From an uncultured Gammaproteobacteria bacterium (lineage in GTDB: Bacteria; Patescibacteriota; Patescibacteriia; JAHIZJ01), in contig CAYJKP010000002.1 of NCBI GenBank assembly GCA_964371245.1, positions 257,469 to 321,468 on the forward strand: a stretch of 64,000 bases of DNA. The letters are read 5' to 3'. A program made the translations under genes and the position numbers. The notes beneath the pieces are model-generated. The model did no database searches, was not told the DNA's origin, and saw nothing but the letters and a program-made list of their open reading frames with translations. Shown here in pieces: positions 16,580 to 29,245 of this stretch (the stretch's first letter is position 1; each line of letters starts with the position of its first letter).

Positions 16580-19500
16580 CTACGACTCCGCCCAGCCCTG
16601 GGAGAGTACTTCCGCCTGCTCAAGGACAGTTTGTGTCGCCTTCTCTTGCTTGTCCGGTGGGTAGCCATATTTGCGCAGGATGCGCTTGACGATCGTTCGC
16701 AGGTGCGCGCGCACATTCTCCCGCTGGGTCCAGTCGATCGTTACGTTGCTCCGAACGGAATCCACCAGTTCGCGGGCAATCGTGCGGAGCGTTTCGTCTC
16801 CAAGCACTTGCACAGCACTATCATTGACGCCGAGCGCATCGTAGAACGCTACTTCGTCCTCGTTGAGTCCGAGCTTCTCCCCGCGCTGGTTCGCCTTGCG
16901 CATCTCCTTGGCAAGACCGATCAGCTCCTCAATGACTTGAGCTGTTTCGATGGCGCGATTTTGGTAGCGTCGGATGGACTGCTCAAGTAGCTCAGCGAAG
17001 GAACGGGCCTGAACAACGTTCTTCAGGCGCCGGCTTCGAATCTCCCCGCTGAGCAGCTTGCGCAGCAGTTCGACGGCGAGGTTCTTCTGCGGCATCCCCC
17101 GGATCTCGGTCAAGAACTCGTCCGAGAGGATTGAGATGTCGGGCTTCTTGAGACCCGCGGCGGCGAAAATGTCCACGACTTCGTCGGAGGCGACCGCCTC
17201 GGAGACGATCTGTCGAATCGCGTGCTCGATCTCCTCGGGGGACTTGCGGTCGCCGGGCACGTTCTTCACCAGCACCGAGCGCACGGCTTGGAAGAATCCC
17301 ACATCGTCGCGGATTCGGATAGACTCCAAGTGCGGAACAGCCAGGGCAAACGCCGCCGACAGTTCGCCTACGGCTTGAACAAGCCGATTCTTGCCGTCCG
17401 GCTGGGTCAGAACGTGCTCCTGTGCGATAGGCAGCAGGCTGAGACGATCCGCCGGCTTGCCGTCCTTCCATTTCGTCCACTCAAAGCCGTGGAAGATACC
17501 GCAGCAGATCTCATACTTCTCAAGCATGACGGAGACGGCCTCACTCTGGTCAATCGTAGTGTCACCCTTGCCGCCACTCTCGGTGTAGTTTGCGAGTGCC
17601 TTGCGGAGCTCATCAGCGAGCCCGAGGTAGTCGACGACCAAACCGCCCGGCTTGTCCTTGAAGACACGGTTGACACGGGCAATCGCCTGCATGAGTCCGT
17701 GGCCCTGCATCGGCTTGTCGATATACATAGTGTGGAGGCAAGGCGCGTCGAATCCGGTCAGCCACATGTCGCGCACGATCACGATCTTGAACGAGTCCGC
17801 CGGATTCTTGAACCGCTCCGCCAGCGTCTCACGTCGGGCTTTGTTACGGATGTGCTCCTGCCAGTCTTCCGGGTCGGCGGCCGCACCGGTCATCACGACC
17901 TTTACCACACCCTTGTCGTCGTCCTCGTTGCGCCAATTGGGCCGCAGAGCGACGATGGCGTCGTAGAGTTCGACGCAGATGCGCCGGCTCATGCACACCA
18001 CCATAGCCTTGCCGTCAATTGCGGACAGGCGTTGCTCGAAGTGACTTATGAGATCCGCAGCGATGATATTGATTCGCTTCTCGGTGCCGACCAATGCCTC
18101 GAGTTGGGCCCACCTCGTCTTCAGCTTCTCCTTGTGTGAAACCTCCTCGCCTTCAGTGGCCTCCTCGAATGCCGCATCAAGCACAGCATGTTGGCTGTTC
18201 CTCAATTCGAGCTTGGCGAGACGGCTTTCGTAGTAGATCGGCACAGTCGCACCGTCTTGGACCGCACGCTGGATGTCATAGACGGAGATGTAGTCGCCGA
18301 ACACTGCCCGTGTGTTCTTGTCCGTCAGCTCGATCGGCGTGCCGGTGAATCCTATGAATGAGGCGTTAGGCAGGGCGTCGCGCATGTGCCGCGCGAACCC
18401 GTCGATAAAGTCGTACTGGCTCCGGTGTGCTTCGTCGGCGATAACAACGACATTTCGCCGGTCTGAGAGCAGCGGGTGCATGTCCCCGCGTTCTTCGGGG
18501 AAGAATTTCTGAATCGTAGTAAAAATCACACCCCCAGCGTCGCGGTGCAGTAGCTGTCGCAGCTGAGAGCGGCTTTCGGCCTGATCGGGAGGCTGACGTA
18601 AAAGGTCTCTGCAGCGGGAGAAGGTTCCGAAGAGTTGCCCGTCCAAGTCATTCCGATCAGTGAGGACCACGATGGTTGGATTACGCATTTCCGGCTGAAG
18701 CACAACCCTGCCCGCATAGAAAGCCATGGTCAGGCTCTTGCCGGACCCTTGAGTGTGCCAGACGACGCCGATCCGACGATCACCGGGTTTCGCCTGGTTC
18801 GATTCTTGGTCGCGGCGCTCGTCTCGACCGTCGCCGATCCGGTCGGAACTCTCAGCTATAGCCGCGCGGAGGGTCTCCTCCACTGCTACGTTGACCGCAT
18901 GGTACTGGTGGTAACCAGCCATCTTCTTTAGCAGCAGCCCGCCGCCCATGTCCTCGAACACGAGAAAGTACCTGATGAGATCGAGAAATCGACGCTTCTC
19001 GAAAATGCCTTCGATGACCACCTGGGCCTCCGGTAGACGCCGATCGGCAAGCTCCCCTCCGGTGATCGTGCGCCAGGGCATGAACCACTCGCGTTCAGCC
19101 GTAAGAGTCCCCACTCGGGCCTGGACGCCATCCGAGATGATGAGTGCTTCGTTGAAGGCAAATAGAGACGGGATTTCCCGCTTATATGTTTGAAACTGAC
19201 GAAAGGCAGACCAGATTGTTGCCATCTCATCTGCCGGATTCTTGAGTTCGATCGCAGCAAGCGGGAGGCCGTTGACGAACACGACGACATCGGGTCGCCG
19301 GTTGTTCCGGTTCTCCATCACAGTGAACTGATTAACAACGAGCCAATCGTTGTTGTTGGGATTCATGTAGTCAAGAAGCTGCGCTTGCGCACCTGCGATC
19401 GTCCCATCTGGACGGCGGTACTCGACTGTGACGCCGTCGACAAGCATCAAGTGTGCGGCATGGTTAGTTGTGACCAGCAGAGGCGACGTTATCCGAGTTA

Positions 19501-19720
19501 CCTTCCGAAATGCTTCATCGACCGCGTCGCCCGGGAGATCGGGGTTCAGTCGCGTCAGCGCGGAGCGAAGGCGATCCTCAAGGATGACCTGGCTGTAATC
19601 GGACCTTTCAGAGCTCGGTTCCCCCGGGGCCATGTCTGGACCGAATCGCGTGCCGTAGCCAAGCCCATCAAACCAGATCAGCACGGCGTCCTCTACTTCA
19701 GATTCGATGAATTTCGTCAT
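16580..19720 (-). CDS. hsdR: type I restriction enzyme R subunit HsdR
   Basis: HsdR N-terminal domain ([22 protein letters not shown]), SF2 helicase motifs ([15 protein letters not shown]), C-terminal T1RH-like region. Confidence 0.9.
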   Translation of the reverse strand: MTKFIESEVEDAVLIWFDGLGYGTRFGPDMAPGEPSSERSDYSQVILEDRLRSALTRLNPDLPGDAVDEAFRKVTRITSPLLVTTNHAAHLMLVDGVTVEYRRPDGTIAGAQAQLLDYMNPNNNDWLVVNQFTVMENRNNRRPDVVVFVNGLPLAAIELKNPADEMATIWSAFRQFQTYKREIPSLFAFNEALIISDGVQARVGTLTAEREWFMPWRTITGGELADRRLPEAQVVIEGIFEKRRFLDLIRYFLVFEDMGGGLLLKKMAGYHQYHAVNVAVEETLRAAIAESSDRIGDGRDERRDQESNQAKPGDRRIGVVWHTQGSGKSLTMAFYAGRVVLQPEMRNPTIVVLTDRNDLDGQLFGTFSRCRDLLRQPPDQAESRSQLRQLLHRDAGGVIFTTIQKFFPEERGDMHPLLSDRRNVVVIADEAHRSQYDFIDGFARHMRDALPNASFIGFTGTPIELTDKNTRAVFGDYISVYDIQRAVQDGATVPIYYESRLAKLELRNSQHAVLDAAFEEATEGEEVSHKEKLKTRWAQLEALVGTEKRINIIAADLISHFEQRLSAIDGKAMVVCMSRRICVELYDAIVALRPNWRNEDDDKGVVKVVMTGAAADPEDWQEHIRNKARRETLAERFKNPADSFKIVIVRDMWLTGFDAPCLHTMYIDKPMQGHGLMQAIARVNRVFKDKPGGLVVDYLGLADELRKALANYTESGGKGDTTIDQSEAVSVMLEKYEICCGIFHGFEWTKWKDGKPADRLSLLPIAQEHVLTQPDGKNRLVQAVGELSAAFALAVPHLESIRIRDDVGFFQAVRSVLVKNVPGDRKSPEEIEHAIRQIVSEAVASDEVVDIFAAAGLKKPDISILSDEFLTEIRGMPQKNLAVELLRKLLSGEIRSRRLKNVVQARSFAELLEQSIRRYQNRAIETAQVIEELIGLAKEMRKANQRGEKLGLNEDEVAFYDALGVNDSAVQVLGDETLRTIARELVDSVRSNVTIDWTQRENVRAHLRTIVKRILRKYGYPPDKQEKATQTVLEQAEVLSQGWAES

Positions 19721-21671
19721 ACTATGCGCTTTATCTCATAAATCTCTTGGTTGTCAGGACCCTCGTCCAGAGCAAGACCTGTGGCCGCTGCTTCGCGTTT
19801 GATCAACCATCTGAGGGAGTAGTTCCGTACTCTTTCATACAGACCTTTGACCGTCGACCCAACTACGAGATTGGCCAGAGAAACAAGAACAAGAACACCA
19901 GAACCACAGGTGAGTACCCATCCGACTAAGACATTACTTGAACGAAGACCGAGACCCACGGCAAAGCCAGCTATCAGCAGCATTCCAATAAAGCCAGACA
20001 CTAACCTTGCGCAGTTCCTCGCTCTTCTCCAACACCGCCAATAGAGCCGCTCTTGCACCTGCTTATTTCCTGCAAGTGCAGATACCAGGGCCTCCCGGGT
20101 TCTCTTATGCTCGGTCTCCTCCGCGGTGAGCTTTTCAGTCTCCTCTCTTTTCATCTCGGTTGACACCCTGCGAAGTGTCTCAGCGACTGTTTCCTCAGTC
20201 AAGGCGTCTTCGTCTCCGAGCGTCAGGCGCATGAGCTCTTCTTGTGCAAGCGCGCTACTCCGCAGTAGTTGATGGTCGCGCGCCGTTATCTTCCCTAGTT
20301 TCTGCAGCCTGTTGATCTCGGCCAGGTACTTGCAGAGGAGCTCCTTTGATGGTTGCAGTGCCGCATACGAAAACGCCAGGATTTCAGTAGTTGGAAGAGT
20401 CGGAGCACCCATTGGCGCTTTGAGCCATGCCATGTTTGCCAAGCTGAAGTCGGTGATTACGCTCGACACCTCACGCGATTCCTCATGCCTCTGCCCGTAT
20501 TCCCACGCCGCCCGAGCAAAACCAGAATTGCTGGTCACAAACACCGCTCGGCATTTTTCGACCGTGGCCGGCGCCGTGTGCGCTCTCAGTGCGTAGATAC
20601 TACGCACTGAGTTGATATCATAGTCTTTGGCTCGCGGATTGAAATACGACACTTCGTCGTCGAGGACCTTCTCAAATATTCTTTCGTCGATCTGGAAATC
20701 AGGTATGTACTGCGGTGTGTCCTTCACGTCGATTTGCGCTTCTGCAAGCTTCTCATCTACCTGCCCCGCCATCAGAAGGAGGTCCGACCTAGTGGTGCCG
20801 TTTCGCCGTGCTTCCGTGACAATGGCCCCGCGGCCGGCCTCTCCATCCACGTGGTCCGCGGCACCTTTCAGCACGCGTACAAGTTCATCTCGCGAGTGTG
20901 CGAACGCAGCCACCGTAGCCCCGAGGTTACCAAGCAACGAGACCAGGTCTGCAACCGAAGCCCTTCGCGGTTCGCCTTCGAGGCCAAGTCGGCGAACCAG
21001 TAGCGGGGTATCAAGGTAGAATGTCACGCCGCTATATGACATTGGCGCGTTCTGCAGGTCTGGGCATAGTAAGCCGTTGGCGAGCATGTTCCCTTGCACC
21101 ATGATCATGAAGCTCTCAAAACGCTCTGGGTCGCGGTCCTGGATGTGTAAGACATACTGGCTGACTAAGATGATATCGCTCTCTCTCTTGACCTCCACGG
21201 TAGGAATCGCTGACCCTTGTAGATACGCGCGGAGACATACGATGCTGGACTGACCCAGGAACGTGCATATGGCAGTCACAGCGTCATCGATAATGGTGAC
21301 CTCTCTAGGCGTGCTTCTCGAGAACTCCATCAGACCGGACACCACTGCTTTGATATGGCGATCGGCTTGGCTCTTCTTTGCAAGGATACCGGGATCAGGC
21401 AAGATACCTGCAATGTGATAGACTCCCGCTTCCTTTCGTAATGGGTACGCCCGGGAGAGACGTCTAAGCACTACTTGTATGGCGCGTTCTGGAATTGCCA
21501 GCCCATACTGCGTACGGATGTGATCTCTAACACCCCGGTCCGTTATCGGGTCGGGCTTGTGGTCGACAAGGACCTGTAGAATAAACGGGCGAAGATAGTC
21601 AAGATAGTCCCTACCGTGGTCAACGTTGACTTTCAGCATCGCCAAACTGGTAAGGGTTGCGGTTGTGGACA

Positions 21672-21672
<1 letters not shown>
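19717..21672 (-). CDS. unknown 651-aa protein embedded in the type I R-M operon, C-terminal double TM anchor
   Basis: Overlaps the hsdS stop by 1 nt and the hsdR start by 4 nt; no P-loop; two C-terminal TM helices; occupies the PrrC/RloC position. Confidence 0.5.
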
Positions 21673-22956
<1,284 letters not shown>

Positions 22957-22973
<17 letters not shown>

Positions 22974-24507
22974 GTTTCTTTAGATTGGCAGCGATTGCGG
23001 CATCGAGGGTTGCTGTGTCTTTCTGCTGCTCTCGCAATGCCGTGGTGAGCCGTTTTATCTTTTCGTTGAACGGTTCTCCATCGTCCAACAGCTCTTCAGC
23101 GCCGACGTAGCGACCAGGTGTGAGCACGTGACCGCGCTTCCGGATCTCTTCCAGGTTCGCGCTTTTGCAGAACCCCAGGAGGTCTCCGTACTTCTTCTTT
23201 ACATCCTTGTCTCCGCGCCAAGCATGATAGGTGTCCGCGACCCTTGCGATGTCTTCGGACGTGAGCTCTCGATGCACGCGGTCGATCATCGTTCCAACCT
23301 CTCGAGCATCGATGAAGAGCACCTCGCCCCGTCGGTTACGGAAGCGACCGTTTTCTCTGTTCCGCGTCAGGAACCAAAGGCACACTGGGATTTGCGTGGA
23401 ATAGAAGAGCTGCCCAGGAAGGGCGATCATGCAATCGACGAGATCGGCCTCGATAATCGCTTTGCGGATCTCACCCTCCCCTGACTGGTTCGATGACATG
23501 GAGCCATTGGCGAGCACAAAGCCGGCGAGTCCAGTGGGCGCAAGATGGTAAATGAAATGCTGGACCCAGGCGAAGTTCGCGTTGCCAGGAGGCGGGATGC
23601 CGTACTTCCAGCGCTTGTCGTCTTTGAGGAGATCCCCGCGCCAGTCGCTGTCATTGAAAGGAGGGTTGGCAAGGACGTAGTCGACCTTAAGGTCCGGGTG
23701 CCGGTCGTTATGGAAGCTGTCGCCCTGAGTGATGTTCCCTTCGATCCCGCGAATCGCGAGGTTCATCTTGCAGAGCCGCCATGTAGTGTAGTTCGACTCC
23801 TGGCCAAAAACGCTGATTTGCCCGATGCGGCCACCATGTTCCTCCATAAATCGCTCGGATTGGATGAACATGCCGCCGGAGCCGCAGCAGGGGTCGTAGA
23901 CGCGGCCCTTGTAGGGTGCGAGCATGGCGACGAGGAGCTGAACGACGCACCGCGGCGTATAGAATTGACCACCCTTTTTCCCCTCGGCGCTTGCGAAACG
24001 AGAAAGGAAGTATTCATAGACTCGACCGAGTATGTCCTTCGAGCGGTTCTCTTTGTCACCGAGTCCGAGGTTCGTGATGAGGTCGATGAGTTGGCCAAGT
24101 CGTTGCTTGTCGAGCCCGGGTCGCGCATAGTCCTTCGGGAGCACACCCTTTAGACTTGGGTTGTCTCGCTCGATCGCGGTCATCGCGTCGTCAACAATCT
24201 TGCCGATTGCCGGCTGTTTTGCGGTGTCCTTGAGCTTGGACCATCGCGCTTCCTCCGGAACCCAAAAGACATTCGCCGCACGATACTCATCCGGATCCTC
24301 GGGATCAGCCCCCTGGCGACGTTCCTGGTCAAGCTGAAGACGACGCTCCTCGAAAGCGTCGGAGATGTATTTGAGGAAGATGAGACCGAGGACGACGTGT
24401 TTGTACTCCGCTGCGTCCATGTTGTTGCGGAGGGCATCAGCCGTAGCCCAGAGTTCAGCCTCGAAGCCGATATTGCCTCCGTTGTTTTTTGCTTTCGTTC
24501 GAGCCAT
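22957..24507 (-). CDS. hsdM: type I R-M DNA methyltransferase subunit HsdM (N6-adenine)
   Basis: HsdM_N motif ([36 protein letters not shown]), catalytic NPPF (VLANPPFN); start set at ATG 24507, excluding a spurious 120-aa N-terminal extension. Confidence 0.85.
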
Positions 24508-24713
24508 GGATTCACTCCGTATTCTGGGTGCGTCCTTTGTTAGTAGCACGGAAATTGGGAGGGCCTCCGCACCCTCCGGCATATTAGTTAATGTATTGCA
24601 GCCCAACGTATTAGCGCCCTTTACAGTACAAGATTCCGGGCCATTCGTCAAGCTAAACTCCTGCTGTAAGTTACGAAGCCGGAGACTGCACATGGGGCAG
24701 TCTCCGGCTGAGA

Positions 24714-25442
24714 TCAGAGCGCGAGCGCGCTCCGAAAGGTGCTGGAGAGCCTGAGCCCAGAGTCCATTTGGATCCTGGGGCTTCTGGATTTCTGGACCTC
24801 GGTGAAGGCATTGAAGAGCGACCAGGCAGTTCGAGGAATGAACTCTCCGTGAGTCGGTTTCTCCCATGCTTCGATCACCTTCGGCAGGTTCGAGGCCGGG
24901 AGGACGTTCCTCCGAACGGCTTCGACCATGAGATGGTCGGCCATCTCTGGCGAGAGACCCCGTTCCTTCATTGCCGCGATCTCTCCGTGGATCCGGCTCT
25001 GCATCGACGAGACCTTCGAGAGCATCCGGTAGATCAGGTCGGGGAGATCCCGGAACACGTTGATCGTGTGCTTCCGCGCCGCGCCGACTTCGCCCGAGAA
25101 GGCAAGGTTGTCACAGCAGAAGACTCGGCTTCCCGCGACCAGACTCACCGAGAGGGACCGGTCGTAGGAGTTGCGAAGCCCGATGGCGAGCGCGTAGTCG
25201 GGATGACCCCCACCGTTCGTACAGGTTAGGACCCCGAACATCTGGAGCCCTTCGTGCGCGAGGCCGAACCGCTGCTCTGTGATCGTGAGCCCGAAGCGCG
25301 GAATGTGCAGCTCGACCTCCTCGACGAACCGGGCATAGGGTACCGGCACGTACGAATCGGTCTCCTCGGGAACCGCGACGGCTGCGAGATCGACTTTGGT
25401 CGCCTCCCAGCCGCCACGATGCAGGACAAGCTGACCGGACAT
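24714..25442 (-). CDS. hypothetical protein (mobile-element associated; possibly DUF932-like)
   Basis: 242 aa, no clear motif; located between the recombination module and the R-M operon. Confidence 0.3.
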   Translation of the reverse strand: MSGQLVLHRGGWEATKVDLAAVAVPEETDSYVPVPYARFVEEVELHIPRFGLTITEQRFGLAHEGLQMFGVLTCTNGGGHPDYALAIGLRNSYDRSLSVSLVAGSRVFCCDNLAFSGEVGAARKHTINVFRDLPDLIYRMLSKVSSMQSRIHGEIAAMKERGLSPEMADHLMVEAVRRNVLPASNLPKVIEAWEKPTHGEFIPRTAWSLFNAFTEVQKSRSPRIQMDSGLRLSSTFRSALAL

Positions 25443-25463
25443 GTGACGAGATCTCCTTTCTCC

Positions 25464-25892
25464 TCAGAGGAGCAGACCTTTCTCTCGGAAGGACAGGAAC
25501 GAACCGTTCCCGCCCACGATGACGTGATCGAGGACGTCGATCCCGACGAGCCGTCCCGTGTCCACGAGCCGATTCGTGATCTCGACGTCGTCGTCCGAGG
25601 GACTTACGTCTTCGGACGGGTGGTTGTGCGCGAGGATCATCGCGGCGGCGGAGGCCACGATGGCCGGCCGGAAGACCTCGCGAGGATGAACGATCGAGGC
25701 CGAGAGGCTTCCCACCGAGACTGTCTCGATGCCGAGCACCGTGTGGCGGCTCGTGAGGAGCACGACGATGAAGTGTTCGCGCTTTGCGTCCTTGAGCGAG
25801 CGCGCGAGGAGCTTCGCAACATCCTCGGGGCGCGTGACGGCCGGTGGTTTCTTCCCCCGGTAGTGACGGGTCCGCAGTTCGGCGACGTACAT
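25464..25892 (-). CDS. radC: RadC-like JAB/MPN domain protein
   Basis: AHNHPSEDVSPSDDDVEITNRL matches the JAMM HNHPSG motif; start trimmed to MYVAELR preceded by RBS AGGAGGA. Confidence 0.7.
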   Translation of the reverse strand: MYVAELRTRHYRGKKPPAVTRPEDVAKLLARSLKDAKREHFIVVLLTSRHTVLGIETVSVGSLSASIVHPREVFRPAIVASAAAMILAHNHPSEDVSPSDDDVEITNRLVDTGRLVGIDVLDHVIVGGNGSFLSFREKGLLL

Positions 25893-25997
25893 AGGGTGAA
25901 TCCTCCTGGTTGTCGAGCGAGAAGAAGCGGGCCTCCAGGGAATTCCCCAAAGGCCCGGTGGTGGTTGCACGAAGCGCAGAGAACGGCGGATAGGCAG

Positions 25998-26759
25998 TCA
26001 TTCCCCGCGCCACGATTGGCAATGGGCAAAGAACTCGCACTCCGAACACTTCCAGGAGGGGTTCGGGAAGAAGGAGCTACCACGGATCGCGAGGGCGACG
26101 CTCTCAATCAAGCGCGCGGTCCAGGCGAGATCCTCGACCGTGCGAGAAGCGGGAAGGCGTTCCAGTCGCGGGACCTTGGTCTTGAGGAGGGCGTCGATGC
26201 GGAGGGGTGGGATCTGGCCCGTCGCAAGGAAGCGGACAAGCGCATACGTTGAGAGCTGGAGATGCCGTTCGAGGCTCCCGGTGTCGAAGGTCCGAGCGGC
26301 GGTCTTGAGTTCCACGAGCGTGCCGTCCGTCTCGATGAGGTCAATGACGCCGCGCAGGCGCACGTCGAGCACTTCACCCGTCTCGGGATCGACGAGGTCG
26401 ATCTCGAATCGGTCCTCGATGAGCTGCGGCAGCGTCCCGTCGACCTGCTCGGCATAGAGGCGGACGAGATCCCGCCCCTTCTCCCCGAGGATCTCTTTCG
26501 ATTCCTTCGCGGGGAAGACCACGGGCTCGAGGTTCTGGGCGAACCAGTCCGCGTCGAAGACCTTGACCACCGCCTCCGGGTCGGGCGTGCGCCCGGCGAA
26601 CCGTTCCTTCTGGAACCACTCGATGGCGGCGTGAACCGACGATCCGAACGCGAGCGCGGCGGCTCGCCACGGCGGCGGGATCCGGTCGATGTACTGGAAG
26701 CGGTACTTCAGGGGGCAGAAGAGATACGACTGGACCCGGCTAACGCTGAGCGGCTCCAT
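25998..26759 (-). CDS. PD-(D/E)XK exonuclease, Cas4/RecB-like with C-terminal 4Fe-4S cysteine cluster
   Basis: D...ELK core (DLIETDGTLVELKT); N-terminal C (YLFCPLKY) plus C-terminal WKCSECEFFAHC Cys cluster, as in the Cas4/AddB nuclease family. Confidence 0.65.
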   Translation of the reverse strand: MEPLSVSRVQSYLFCPLKYRFQYIDRIPPPWRAAALAFGSSVHAAIEWFQKERFAGRTPDPEAVVKVFDADWFAQNLEPVVFPAKESKEILGEKGRDLVRLYAEQVDGTLPQLIEDRFEIDLVDPETGEVLDVRLRGVIDLIETDGTLVELKTAARTFDTGSLERHLQLSTYALVRFLATGQIPPLRIDALLKTKVPRLERLPASRTVEDLAWTARLIESVALAIRGSSFFPNPSWKCSECEFFAHCQSWRGE

Positions 26760-27417
26760 CGGGAACCTCCTTCAGGAGCCGGTCGATCGCATGAGTCGCC
26801 TGGAGCTTCGTCACCTCCTTGAGCGAGACGACGCAGAGATAGTTCTTCAGGTAGTCGTGCGCCGCTTCCCCTTGGAGCCCTTGGCCGGCGAGGATGCGGA
26901 AGAGGTAGCGGCGCTGCGCCTCGGTCATCAGGACGCCGTTGCCGTTCCCGCCAGCCTGGGGGGCTTGCGGCATCGGACGGGTCTCACTTGGAACCGGGTA
27001 CTCTTGGACGGACGGTGCACCCGATCCGAGGTCGTGACCATTCGCGGCGAGACCATCGCTGTCCAACTCCTCGAAGGAGACGATACCGATGTTCACGGCA
27101 TCACGGAGAGCGCGGGCCTTCGCCCGGGTCTCGGCCATGCGGATCAGGTGTGGGACGATGAAGGAGTTCACGTTGTCGGGACAGGCGTCGCCGATCCCTT
27201 CGAACCGCCCCTTCGTCGTCTCGACGAGCGCTTTCGCGATCGCCATGCGGCCATTCTCGTCGGAGGGGATCTGGAGAAGTTTCGTCGCGACCCGCTGCAA
27301 GCCCTCGTCATGGGCTTTCGAGAGCAGCCCCGGGTACGTGACGACTTCCTTGGTCCCGACCACGCGGCCGGTGCGGTCTTTGATCTCGATCGTGCGGATG
27401 AGCTCAACTGGTTTCAC
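26740..27417 (-). CDS. phage single-strand annealing protein (RecT/Red-beta-like), GTG start
   Basis: Partner of the adjacent exonuclease; MAETRAKARALRDA helix reminiscent of RecT family; GTG start chosen because of the AAGGAGG RBS. Confidence 0.4.
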   Translation of the reverse strand: MKPVELIRTIEIKDRTGRVVGTKEVVTYPGLLSKAHDEGLQRVATKLLQIPSDENGRMAIAKALVETTKGRFEGIGDACPDNVNSFIVPHLIRMAETRAKARALRDAVNIGIVSFEELDSDGLAANGHDLGSGAPSVQEYPVPSETRPMPQAPQAGGNGNGVLMTEAQRRYLFRILAGQGLQGEAAHDYLKNYLCVVSLKEVTKLQATHAIDRLLKEVPDGAAQR

Positions 27418-27534
27418 TTCTGAACCTCCTTTGTGAAGGAACTGGTGGGAAATGAGAGAGGAGCGAGAGGGTGTTCCCATCCTTCACGATACGGAGGTCC
27501 GGAGGTTGGCCGTAGAGAGGGAGAGGTTGCGGAG

Positions 27535-28062
27535 TCAGCTCTCCTTGGGGATGGCGATCTGCCGTACGGCGAGGGCAACCGCGAGCGCGTCAAACATGTG
27601 AAGCCAATACTTGTCCTTCGGTTTGAATCCGAGCACCGGATGCGGCGGATCCTTCGGGAGCTTCACCCGGAGATCCTCAAACCCCATCTGGACGATCGCC
27701 CGAGCGACGTCGAGCTTTCTTGCGTGTGCATTGCCGACGACGATTCGGCGGACTTCGCGGGGCGAGAGCTCATAGACACGCATCCCGAGATCCCGCGAGC
27801 GGGCATGAAGCTCCTGCGCGATGACGGAGACAAGGGCAGCGCGTTTGGTCGGGAAGAGCAGCGGCTTCTCGATTCCGACGATCGCGGGCGCATACTCCTC
27901 GATGTACGAGAGCACGACCCGGCGGGCCTGATCGATCAGGTCGCGCGGACGGTCGCCGTTCTTGAGGGTGTGAACCCCGAGCGCGAGCAGGTCACGGCCG
28001 CGAAGAACGACCGCGCCCATCTCTCTCGTTCCAGGGTCAATACCAAGGATGACTGGGTGCAT
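27535..28062 (-). CDS. RuvC-like Holliday junction resolvase (phage type), paralog 1
   Basis: ILGIDPG (catalytic Asp), VGIEKP (Glu), HMFDALAVALA C-terminal acidic motif. Confidence 0.65.
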   Translation of the reverse strand: MHPVILGIDPGTREMGAVVLRGRDLLALGVHTLKNGDRPRDLIDQARRVVLSYIEEYAPAIVGIEKPLLFPTKRAALVSVIAQELHARSRDLGMRVYELSPREVRRIVVGNAHARKLDVARAIVQMGFEDLRVKLPKDPPHPVLGFKPKDKYWLHMFDALAVALAVRQIAIPKES

Positions 28063-28230
28063 AGGTGTTGATTCGTAATGAGGTCAAGGTAGAGCCCTCC
28101 CGAAAGGAACCGTCCGGCCTCGCGCGTCTTGCTGGCGGATGAGGCGGACGGCGGCAGTCCGCAAGAGATGCTGCCTTCCGAAGGAACGGGATCAGCCGAA
28201 GAATCGGCTGCGGGAGGGCTGGTTTGTAAC

Positions 28231-28728
28231 TCAGACGCTCTTCGCCTGGTGATGGAGAGCGAGCGCGATCGCGTCGAACATGTTCTGGAAATACAGCTCC
28301 TTCCACTTGCGGTCTTGGGTGAGGTAGACGCGGAGCGCCGGAAACCGGTGGCCAACTGCGATCGCCGTCTCCTTCTTCGTGGCCCAGCCGTTTCCGACGA
28401 GAGCCTTGCGGACGGTCTGCGGCGCATAGGTGGTCACGGGCAGCTTCTCCCTCCGGCCGAGTCGACGGACGGATCCAGCGAGCTTGTCGAGCGCGTTGAG
28501 CCAGGTCACGGGATGACCATGTGTGGCTTCGAGAACGAGGATCCCCGGCCGGTACGCCGTGATCCAGGTGGCGACAAGCTTTCGGGCTTCGCGGAGTCGG
28601 CGCTCCTTCGGGAGCAGGCGCAGAGGACGGACGCCGCTCGCGATGAGCCGAGAGCCTTTGAGGACCGCGAAGCCGAGATCGCGGAGGCCGGGGTCAAGGG
28701 CGAGGATTGTTTGGTGCTTCATGGGCAT
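28231..28728 (-). CDS. RuvC-like Holliday junction resolvase, paralog 2
   Basis: ILALDPG, LVLEAT, NMFDAIALALHH; same architecture as 27535..28062. Confidence 0.6.
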   Translation of the reverse strand: MPMKHQTILALDPGLRDLGFAVLKGSRLIASGVRPLRLLPKERRLREARKLVATWITAYRPGILVLEATHGHPVTWLNALDKLAGSVRRLGRREKLPVTTYAPQTVRKALVGNGWATKKETAIAVGHRFPALRVYLTQDRKWKELYFQNMFDAIALALHHQAKSV

Positions 28729-29245
28729 GGCGTTTTAGTAAGTAAAGGAAGAGGGCAGTGCGTGAACGCCGGATCTCCTGTTGCGGAACCGCGAGCGTTC
28801 CGGCAAGCGCGCGGCGTAAGGTCTCGTCAGGGTAGCTGGCGATCGCTTCTTCCAGCGCGTCAGTGTCCCGCTTCTCCCCGAGCGAGCGGGCGAGCTTCTC
28901 CGTCGTGAAGGCGCGCGGTGGTCCGGCCGGAACCTCCAACGCATCGGGCGCATGGGAAGACCGTTTCATGCGGACCTGGATGGTTCCGTTCGTCCGCCGG
29001 GCCTCGATATATCGGTGCTTTCTGAGATGGCCGAGCCAGCTTCGGATCGTCCCTTCCGGCAGCCCCATCGTCCGGGCGAGCTCGGAGGATTCGACCGCCA
29101 GAGTGTCGCTGCCCGGGGACAGGCGCGAGAGAAGAACGAGGTATAGCCAGACGGCGGCGCGCATCCGATGGATGTGGAGCGCCTGCGGGTGTTCGAGGAT
29201 CCCTCGGTCGAGGTGAATGATGTTGGGAGTTGGATTGCGGGTCAT
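28694..29245 (-). CDS. winged-helix DNA-binding protein (regulator/replication-initiator-like), paralog 1
   Basis: wHTH-like N-terminal half; shares a C-terminal motif (IRRSRTALFLYLLKRHAHE) with the adjacent paralog. Confidence 0.4.
   Translation of the reverse strand: MTRNPTPNIIHLDRGILEHPQALHIHRMRAAVWLYLVLLSRLSPGSDTLAVESSELARTMGLPEGTIRSWLGHLRKHRYIEARRTNGTIQVRMKRSSHAPDALEVPAGPPRAFTTEKLARSLGEKRDTDALEEAIASYPDETLRRALAGTLAVPQQEIRRSRTALFLYLLKRHAHEAPNNPRP

Noticed and set aside
17222-18139. 305-aa plus-strand ORF
   Set aside because: Antisense to hsdR.
25111-26252. 312-aa and 332-aa ORFs overlapping RadC and the exonuclease genes
   Set aside because: Alternative frames in GC-rich DNA with R/P/G-rich low-complexity translations. 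RadC and the PD-(D/E)XK gene have clear motifs.
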